Virus record (IMG/VR): IMGVR_UViG_3300025425_001694
DNA: 64,000 nucleotides
Reading direction: 5' to 3' (one strand)
Origin: a virus
This document shows positions 56,711 to 64,000 of this stretch, one piece after another (within the stretch, counting starts at the first letter, position 1; each line of letters begins with the position of its first letter). The notes beneath the pieces were generated by a model. The model saw only the letters and a program-made list of their open reading frames with translations, did no database searches and was not told the origin of the DNA. The translations under genes and the position numbers were made by a program.

Positions 56711-58270
56711 TTAAAAACCCATGTGTTTTTGTCTAACGAAATCTAAATCGTATGTTGTTGCTGAGATTGGTGTTTCTTCACCTTCAAATACTTCTTTATT
56801 AGGAGACAACTTTCTCCAACCGATACCCCATTTACGTGTTAAATAATCAATATTTAACTCATTTGAGTGGTCAAGCTTTTCTTTTAAACCATTTTCGTTT
56901 TTCTCTGTTTGACTACCGGTTTCATAATACATTGTACTATCACCGTGTCCATGCATATATTTATTCTCTAGACCAACAATCTTTCGAATAGGACGATGCG
57001 ACATTCGCATAATATAATCGGCATCTTCACAATATGCGGGGTATGTGTTTTCATCAAACAACCCAAATACCTTTACAACGTTTTCTCGAATAAGGAAAAG
57101 ATCCCACGCGCCAACATTAAAGTCTCCAGCATTTGGATGTATCATGCCGACCATTGGATCGCCGTTTATTCTTTCAACCATTTCGCCTAAAAGACCAGGG
57201 CCAAAGGCGACATCGTCGTTTGCAATAATCCAATAAGGAGCTAACATATAACATTTAATAATAAGGTTCCAAGCACCTGCGCACCCTACATTTGCAGGCA
57301 TGTGAACTACTTTAATATTATCAATAAACTTATGATCCATTTTAACCAAACGGTTGAGCTCTTCATCTAATTCACCCCTGCCATTATTGTTTATAATGAC
57401 AAAGTTTTCTACAGGATAGTCAACACTCATAATAAGTCTTGAAATCCAATAAGTGCTATTTACAACTGGTGCACCTATGACTGGGATTTTATCTACCATA
57501 TTCACCAACTCCTTTATATTAATATTATTTCCGTTTTCTTTCCACCAATCAGTTATAAATTTACTACTCTGATTTTGGATTGTGTCTATATTATCCTTGT
57601 TGTCCTGTCTTATAAGAGTGGAATCATGTACTCTATTTTCTGTAAAGAACGGAAACACGTAGCATCTTTTATAGTTATAAGGATATATTACATTCTCAGG
57701 TAAAGGAATGTGTCTTGTCTCTTTTATTTTTAGGTTGAAAGAATTTGTTTCTACATCGTAGAAGTCATCCAATATTTCCTTTGCATATTCTCGTCGCATT
57801 AAATATGCACAACACGACCAATCATTCCACCTTTTTCTTCTTATTCTCATGTCACTCCAATTAACTGGATCTTCTTTAATTAGTGACATTTGAATAACCT
57901 GCCAATCTTGTGGCAACGGTTCGATAAATTCACTGAAATCAAAGTTCCAATAATCGGCTAGAGAAAAATTAATATCATCTTCGCAAAAGAAACCAATTTC
58001 TTCATCGGTCTCTGTATACCAACGGTATATCATATGTAAATGGGATACTGCAACAGATAGTACTTCAGAAGAAATACCTATAGGACTTAAGTGTGGACTT
58101 GTTATATCTAATTGTTCTCGGATATCAACGGTTCTTCCATCGTATCCTTCAATCATACAAAAATTTACTCCTCTTGAGGACAGCTGCGATTCTAAATCGC
58201 GCTGCCTCTCTAAGGAATCTTTTAAAGAAAGATAATATACTGTTGGAAAGTTTTTAAGCTGCTTCGCCAT
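56711..58270 (-). CDS. Two-domain glycosyltransferase (GT25-like plus GT2-like)
   Basis: YYLSL....ER, GYDG, SH, CEDD; second domain AGAWN, NDD, GLFDEN..PAYCEDADY. Confidence 0.82.
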   Translation of the reverse strand: MAKQLKNFPTVYYLSLKDSLERQRDLESQLSSRGVNFCMIEGYDGRTVDIREQLDITSPHLSPIGISSEVLSVAVSHLHMIYRWYTETDEEIGFFCEDDINFSLADYWNFDFSEFIEPLPQDWQVIQMSLIKEDPVNWSDMRIRRKRWNDWSCCAYLMRREYAKEILDDFYDVETNSFNLKIKETRHIPLPENVIYPYNYKRCYVFPFFTENRVHDSTLIRQDNKDNIDTIQNQSSKFITDWWKENGNNINIKELVNMVDKIPVIGAPVVNSTYWISRLIMSVDYPVENFVIINNNGRGELDEELNRLVKMDHKFIDNIKVVHMPANVGCAGAWNLIIKCYMLAPYWIIANDDVAFGPGLLGEMVERINGDPMVGMIHPNAGDFNVGAWDLFLIRENVVKVFGLFDENTYPAYCEDADYIMRMSHRPIRKIVGLENKYMHGHGDSTMYYETGSQTEKNENGLKEKLDHSNELNIDYLTRKWGIGWRKLSPNKEVFEGEETPISATTYDLDFVRQKHMGF

Positions 58271-60104
58271 TATTAGTTCTGCCCATCATATAATCTTCAG
58301 CCATTTTTGTAGAATCATCGTTATTCTTTAAAATGCTAAACTCATTAGTATTTATAATATCTGGATGGACAAACCAATCTTCATAAGGCCTATCCTTATC
58401 AGGAGATATGTTACCAACAACAAGTTCATAGCCATACGATTTTAAATATTGTCTAGCTTTTTCTCTATATCCGCCGGTTGGATCTGCATAATGATCATGC
58501 TCAAATGTAATTACTCCAAACCTTTTGGTTTCAAACGGCATTGATAATAGTACTTTAAAACTTACTTCGGGCGGATCACAATCAATTTGCAGATAGTCAA
58601 TATCCTTACCAAAGCCAAGACCATTTAAGAATGAGTCGTAATTAACAGTAGTCGCATCTTTAAGAAGACACGTATGGTTTCTTTCTTTGTTATGGCCAGC
58701 AACAAACTCTTCGCTTATATCAAATGATACGCCATTCCAACCATAATCTTTTTCTAATAAGTATGTGTTATTTCCGTATGTAGGATGACCAGAACCAACT
58801 TCAACGTAACTACCGTTTTTCTTACCGCCGAATAATGTAAGAACAAACATATCTTGGTAAGCTTCAGAATAATTCTGTTTGATATTTTCAGAACCAGAAA
58901 ATTGATTTTTTAAACTACTATGTTTTTCATTTGTATATAATGTAAGACTTTTAGATGTGAATGCTCCTAATCTTACGAGGTTTTCATATACTGAATTGCG
59001 ATACTCATCTTTCAAATCATAATTTGTATAGAGATCCATTAACATACTTCTTGAATCCTCACTAAGACCACACCACCAAGCAGTATGAGCTTTTTGGAAT
59101 AATAAGGCATGTTTACCAGGGTAATCCACGACAGTCCTGAGAGGCTCTAATACGTCGTCTGTAAAGGAGTAACCAATTGACGCAGTTGTATACGAGTCAA
59201 ACCATTTACCGTCACCAGGATCATTTTCATAAAACTTACTAAGTAAATAATAACCTTCAGGGCGATGTGGTTGTGTTGCTATTGCGTGCTGCACGATACC
59301 CTTTACAGTAAATCTTCGAGTACCTTGTTTTTCAAAACACATCGCAGCCCGAATGAGACATTCGTATTTTAACAAATCTTCTTCTGTTCTTTCGGCTGTG
59401 CGAATATAAAAAGAAATCGCAGAAGCTAGTTGCCCAATTGTATCGTAGTGTAGAGCTAAATTCCAATTACTTTCAGGGTTATTTGGATCCATGATATAAG
59501 TTTTTAACATGAATTTTAGACCAGTCATTCCAAACATTTTTCCAAATTTTTCGGGGCTAATAAGATTTAACCATTCTACTCTATTTTTGTCAAAGTCTTT
59601 ATATTCTAATTCACCATTTGGTATATCTAAAGTTTTTTGCTTACCTTTTTTAATTATCCCACAACCATGATCTGTATTAACAGTGTACATTTCCAAATCT
59701 TTTCGAGTTGCTCTTAAATTGACAAATGCTTTCCAGCAATCACCATTCCAAGTACCTCCTTTAAATGGTATGATTTGATGTTCTTCCTTAAGTGGGTTCA
59801 TATCGTGACATACTATATAACCACCTTCATTTAAAATATCAACTGCGTTTGTAATATCACGATGAACTTGATCTGCGTGATGTAAACCATCAACAAATAT
59901 TACATCAAAAGTTTCTTTATTTTTTTCAAAAAATTCATCGGACGTTATAACACAATCAGCTTTTGACAGCGGTTCTGGGTCAACACTTACTTTGTGTTTG
60001 CATTTTATTTCTCTCCAATTGTATCCTTCTGAAATTCCTATTTCAAGATAGCTCTTTGCTTCTATTTTGTTTATGAGAGATTGTATAATATCAGTTCTGT
60101 TCAT
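58254..60104 (-). CDS. SAM methyltransferase + TPR + FkbM-like methyltransferase fusion
   Basis: YLEIG, FVDGLH, CHD; TPR-like PHRPEGYY; QD, YVEVG, NT, IDYLQID, ITFEH, EDWFV. Confidence 0.78.
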   Translation of the reverse strand: MNRTDIIQSLINKIEAKSYLEIGISEGYNWREIKCKHKVSVDPEPLSKADCVITSDEFFEKNKETFDVIFVDGLHHADQVHRDITNAVDILNEGGYIVCHDMNPLKEEHQIIPFKGGTWNGDCWKAFVNLRATRKDLEMYTVNTDHGCGIIKKGKQKTLDIPNGELEYKDFDKNRVEWLNLISPEKFGKMFGMTGLKFMLKTYIMDPNNPESNWNLALHYDTIGQLASAISFYIRTAERTEEDLLKYECLIRAAMCFEKQGTRRFTVKGIVQHAIATQPHRPEGYYLLSKFYENDPGDGKWFDSYTTASIGYSFTDDVLEPLRTVVDYPGKHALLFQKAHTAWWCGLSEDSRSMLMDLYTNYDLKDEYRNSVYENLVRLGAFTSKSLTLYTNEKHSSLKNQFSGSENIKQNYSEAYQDMFVLTLFGGKKNGSYVEVGSGHPTYGNNTYLLEKDYGWNGVSFDISEEFVAGHNKERNHTCLLKDATTVNYDSFLNGLGFGKDIDYLQIDCDPPEVSFKVLLSMPFETKRFGVITFEHDHYADPTGGYREKARQYLKSYGYELVVGNISPDKDRPYEDWFVHPDIINTNEFSILKNNDDSTKMAEDYMMGRTNNGEAA

Positions 60105-60117
60105 AATAATTTTCCTC

Positions 60118-61188
60118 TCAACCAATCATATCTTCAATTGTTTTTGGATTTACTTCTAAGATAAATGCTGCATTATCTTGGAACCCGAATGTAATAAGTA
60201 TTTTATCTTTGTAATGACACATGCCTGCTGAAAATTCAGTATGTCCGTTCATTAAAGAAAAATCTTTTGAATGTTTTAGTATATTCCAGTCTTTATCAAA
60301 TAATATAAACCTATGTCGATACACACCATCTTTTCTTCCAACATCACTTTTAAATAAATCAACGTCATGAGTAAGTGTAAGGTAATTATCACCAAACGGA
60401 ATTACTTGCGAACCTCCACGCGGATCCTTACTTAAAAAATTACCAGAAGATTGTAAGTGGCATGTTTCTGATTCGACCCAATTTGATTCAAAAACTTTGT
60501 CATCAGTTGGAGTTTCGTTAACTTTTACAACTTCTACTGGGTTACACCATTTTACATATTTAAAAGGCTGGTCTGCAATTGGCATCCAATTCTTTTCACA
60601 ATATGAATTCTTATCGTTTGGTGGATGAATTCTCCATCTTGAAACTTCTACAACACTATCTTCACGCACTTCAATTTCACAAAGTTCCATTCTCCCTTGG
60701 CCGTTTTCAGTTGTATCACGTCGTACTCCTGATGTAAATAGTTTTCCATTCCATTCAATTAAACGCGCATCCTCAAGACCAACAAAGTCCCACATTGGTT
60801 TGTAGTTGTCAAATTTGCTTGTGTCTATTTTATTAAACCGAGTTATTTCAAACGAATCGTCTAATTCGCAATAATAGTTTTCTGTCCTCAGATGCATATC
60901 GTTCTCGGGATGCAAATACGTAAGAGGTCCCCACGGGTGTTGAAACAGTTTTCTTTCTGAATGATAGAAAGTATAGTTTACGTGTCTTATATTTACAACA
61001 AGTTTACCGTCTATATTCAATATAGACGGGTTCATTAAACCTGTGCCGTTTGTAAGATTTGATGGAATAATGAGGGGGTAAATATCACCCCCATCATTTA
61101 AAACGTTTTTTGCAAAACTATCACTGTCGCCGTAATGATACGTGCTTTCAACTTCTTGTCCATTTTTAGTTTTTTCGAAAAAACTCAT
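60118..61188 (-). CDS. Five-blade propeller glycoside hydrolase/phosphorylase-like protein (GH130/GH43-like)
   Basis: NPSI, GLEDARL, EKNWMP, RGGS, EF..G, FG.QD. Confidence 0.7.
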   Translation of the reverse strand: MSFFEKTKNGQEVESTYHYGDSDSFAKNVLNDGGDIYPLIIPSNLTNGTGLMNPSILNIDGKLVVNIRHVNYTFYHSERKLFQHPWGPLTYLHPENDMHLRTENYYCELDDSFEITRFNKIDTSKFDNYKPMWDFVGLEDARLIEWNGKLFTSGVRRDTTENGQGRMELCEIEVREDSVVEVSRWRIHPPNDKNSYCEKNWMPIADQPFKYVKWCNPVEVVKVNETPTDDKVFESNWVESETCHLQSSGNFLSKDPRGGSQVIPFGDNYLTLTHDVDLFKSDVGRKDGVYRHRFILFDKDWNILKHSKDFSLMNGHTEFSAGMCHYKDKILITFGFQDNAAFILEVNPKTIEDMIG

Positions 61189-61230
61189 AATATATTTTCA
61201 CTCCATAATAAAACATAATAAAACTAGAAG

Positions 61231-63108
61231 TTACTTATTTTTAACTTCTTCCTTTAGTTTATTTATCGCGTCGATCATGATTGCAATTAAAGGAATATAT
61301 GAAACAGTTCTTTGACCATTGCCATTTTTCTTTACAAGCTCAGGCATGATTTTTTCTAATTCTTGCGCCATAACACCATAACTCAATTCTTTTGTATCTT
61401 TCCAATTAAACTTATATGTATCAATTTTATCAAGTATTGAAAAGCTATCATTAATTGGTAAAATATTTTCTTTAACTGTTGCATCTGAAAGTGAATTAAA
61501 GCCTGTTGCTGACAAGTCGCCAGTAGAAGGATTAAAATACAGTTTTGTTGTTGACGACGTAATTGTTTGAACAGATCCAGTTGCTCCAACAAAAACCGGA
61601 TAAAAATCTTGATTTGTTGATGTATCATTTAGTGATTGCAATTCATATGCAGAAGCAGCTTCTGCAGCTCCACCTTGAATACCTTGTCCACCAGTAATAC
61701 CTTGGATACCTTGCGAACCAACGCCAGTAATACCTTGGATACCTTGACGACCCTGAATACCTTGAATACCTTGTCCACCAGTAATACCTTGGATACCTTG
61801 TCCGCCAGTAATACCTTGGATACCTTGAATACCTTGAATACCTTGGGCGCCAGCGGCACCAGTAATACCCTGAATACCTTGTCCACCAGTAATACCTTGA
61901 ATACCTTGAATACCTTGAATACCTTGGGCGCCAGCGGCACCAGTAATACCCTGAATACCTTGTCCACCAGTAATACCCTGTATACCCTGTGACCCAGCTC
62001 CAGTAATACCCTGAATACCCTGTTCGCCAGTAATACCTTGAGCACCAGTAACACCTTGGATACCTTGAGCACCAGTAACACCTTGGATACCCTGAATACC
62101 TTGTTCACCAGTAATACCCTGAATACCTTGAACACCCTGAGCACCTACAGAACCTAATGTACCGCTAATACCTTGAATACCTTGTTCACCAGTAATACCT
62201 TGGATACCTTGAACACCCTGTTCACCAGCTCCTGTTAAACCTTGAATACCTTGTTCACCAGTTATACCTTGTATACCTTGAGCACCAGTAACACCTTGGA
62301 TACCTTGGTTTCCAGTACCGTCAGTACCTTGTACACCCTGTTCACCAGTAATACCCTGAATACCTTGGTCACCTTGACTACCTTGGATACCCTGTTCTCC
62401 AGTAATACCTTGGATACCTTGTTCACCAGTAGTACCTTGAGAACCTTGAATACCTTGATTACCGGTACCGTCAGTACCCTGAATACCCTGTTCACCAGTT
62501 ATACCTTGGATACCTTGAACACCCTGAATACCTTGGTCGCCAGTTATACCTTGAACACCCTGGATACCTTGTACACCCTGTTCACCAGAAATACCTTGGA
62601 TACCCTGTTGCGCAATACCTTGAATACCTTGGATACCTTGCGGTCCAACGATGTCTCCGGTGTTAACCCAATCACTACCACCCCAAACCCATAGGTTTGA
62701 TGTTGCTTCGTCAATTACACCGTCAGCCAAAGAAGGCGATGAGAAAGCTGCAGACAGAGTTGTTTGCGGGTTATTTGGCGGATTGACATTAACATCAGGA
62801 ACAGATCCTAATACTTTAAAAGGATCACCCTTTGTACCTTGGAGACCTTGAAATCCCTGAATACCCTGAATACCTTGTTCACCAGTGATACCTTGAATAC
62901 CCTGTGGACCAATTATAGTACTTCCGTCTATCCAATTTCTAGACCCATCTTCATCAGATGCAAGTATGTAACCGTTAGCAGATGGTACGCCAAGATCTGG
63001 TTCTGTTTCAGATAGAGTTAAAAATTCGTATCTATCTTCAGAAACTTCAGATGACGGAGTTTTTGATATTCTACCCGATACGGTAGAATCGGATATTAAT
63101 TTTACCAT
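61231..63108 (-). CDS. Collagen-like fibre with C-terminal intramolecular chaperone (peptidase S74)
   Basis: GIQ/GIT/GEQ triplets; [25 protein letters not shown]. Confidence 0.88.
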   Translation of the reverse strand: MVKLISDSTVSGRISKTPSSEVSEDRYEFLTLSETEPDLGVPSANGYILASDEDGSRNWIDGSTIIGPQGIQGITGEQGIQGIQGFQGLQGTKGDPFKVLGSVPDVNVNPPNNPQTTLSAAFSSPSLADGVIDEATSNLWVWGGSDWVNTGDIVGPQGIQGIQGIAQQGIQGISGEQGVQGIQGVQGITGDQGIQGVQGIQGITGEQGIQGTDGTGNQGIQGSQGTTGEQGIQGITGEQGIQGSQGDQGIQGITGEQGVQGTDGTGNQGIQGVTGAQGIQGITGEQGIQGLTGAGEQGVQGIQGITGEQGIQGISGTLGSVGAQGVQGIQGITGEQGIQGIQGVTGAQGIQGVTGAQGITGEQGIQGITGAGSQGIQGITGGQGIQGITGAAGAQGIQGIQGIQGITGGQGIQGITGAAGAQGIQGIQGIQGITGGQGIQGITGGQGIQGIQGRQGIQGITGVGSQGIQGITGGQGIQGGAAEAASAYELQSLNDTSTNQDFYPVFVGATGSVQTITSSTTKLYFNPSTGDLSATGFNSLSDATVKENILPINDSFSILDKIDTYKFNWKDTKELSYGVMAQELEKIMPELVKKNGNGQRTVSYIPLIAIMIDAINKLKEEVKNK

Positions 63109-63110
63109 TT

Positions 63111-63575
63111 TTATTCAACTCCAACGTGTTCGTTTGACGTTTTCTCTTCTGCAGAAACCCAAATATCAAACATATTTGCTACTTCTGCTCTTACTTGTAA
63201 AGTATCACCAGACGCATTGTTTGCTACTCTTTTTAATAAACTTCTACCCTGTAAAGGTATCAACGCTGTATCACCAGCTGGTACTTCCACCTTAGCAAAC
63301 TCTATTGTTTGGCTATCTTCCGTGACAAAAATTGCCTCAACCCACCTAGTAACAGTATCTTTATTTTTTGCTGCTATCGGAGTCAAAAAGAATACTTCAC
63401 CTGGCCTGATTGCACGAGTATCATCAGTTGGATCGCGATCTGGGAACTTATTTGACGCGTCTGGTACCGAAAAGTCTGGTGCTTCTGCGATTGTTACAAA
63501 TGTACTTGCAACATCTGCTTGTATAATTCTTAATGGTTTCCCCGTAGATGGGGTTCTACATGTAATGCGTGCCAT
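63111..63575 (-). CDS. Hypothetical virion protein
   Basis: Beta-rich ORF in structural operon. Confidence 0.65.
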   Translation of the reverse strand: MARITCRTPSTGKPLRIIQADVASTFVTIAEAPDFSVPDASNKFPDRDPTDDTRAIRPGEVFFLTPIAAKNKDTVTRWVEAIFVTEDSQTIEFAKVEVPAGDTALIPLQGRSLLKRVANNASGDTLQVRAEVANMFDIWVSAEEKTSNEHVGVE

Positions 63576-63578
63576 TAT

Positions 63579-63998
63579 TTAAAAACTCCTTGCGATTGCT
63601 GCTCTTGTGGCAATTCTATTTACTGCCTGATCGAATGGTGGTCCAGAAAGTTCTCCTGTGTCAGCATCAATTTTCATACCGCCAACGAATAGCGCAGAAC
63701 CTTGATCGTCTTGTCCAGAAGCAATAACTTTTCCGTTACTTAATTCCAAAATACTTTCTTCTATTGTTGTCTTATTTTTCGCTGGCGGAATGCGAGTAAG
63801 AGCAACACCTGTCATAATTGAATTCCAAGTATGACCGATTGCTGTAATAGTTGAAGGTTCTGAAATTCTTACTGGGTTTTGTTGTGTATTAATTAATGCT
63901 ACAAATAAAGCATCTACGATAGTATCAGAAGCCGCGTTGACGCCGGATAACGCTTTTATTTCAGCTCTTATAAATTGCCATGCTCTGATAGCTGCAGT
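63579..63998 (-). CDS. C-terminal part of a structural/fibre protein (5' end outside window)
   Basis: Frame open to the window edge; GHTW...GKVIASGQDDQG...IDADTGELSG. Confidence 0.65.
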   Translation of the reverse strand, partial: TAAIRAWQFIRAEIKALSGVNAASDTIVDALFVALINTQQNPVRISEPSTITAIGHTWNSIMTGVALTRIPPAKNKTTIEESILELSNGKVIASGQDDQGSALFVGGMKIDADTGELSGPPFDQAVNRIATRAAIARSF

Positions 63999-64000
63999 TT

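Noticed and set aside
1-64000. tRNA/rRNA genes, introns or inteins in td, nrdA, nrdB, gp17, or stop-codon reassignment
   Set aside because: No cloverleaf recognised in the short intergenic gaps; the usual intron/intein host genes are uninterrupted and of normal length under the standard code

Overview
64 kb AT-rich segment of a large T4-like myovirus genome, probably aquatic. An alphaproteobacterial host is inferred from a Shemin-pathway hemA gene and GANTC-containing promoters. Positions 1-40.3 kb (+ strand) carry a lysis module, primase, frd/td, a class Id-type ribonucleotide reductase whose ATP-cone is on the beta subunit, Dda helicase, dNMP kinase, RNase H, PhoH, auxiliary metabolic genes (class I aldolase, hemA, cysC-like), many small early genes behind a repeated sigma70 promoter cassette, and a late PAAR / collagen-fibre / subtilase cassette. 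Positions 40.4-64 kb (- strand) carry the canonical gp13-gp23 neck/tail/packaging/head cluster, two six-repeat Kelch-like genes with constant frameworks and variable loops inserted between gp14 and gp15, and a second collagen-like fibre followed by five sugar-modifying or hydroxylating enzymes. Best leads: (1) early promoters with a positionally fixed GANTC (CcrM/GcrA-type) site; (2) the variable-loop propeller pair with evidence of recent repeat exchange; (3) a possible phage-encoded collagen glycosylation operon; (4) the ATP-cone-NrdB class Id RNR. No tRNA, rRNA, CRISPR array, integrase or reverse transcriptase was seen. All functional calls come from motif recognition by eye; no database searches were run.
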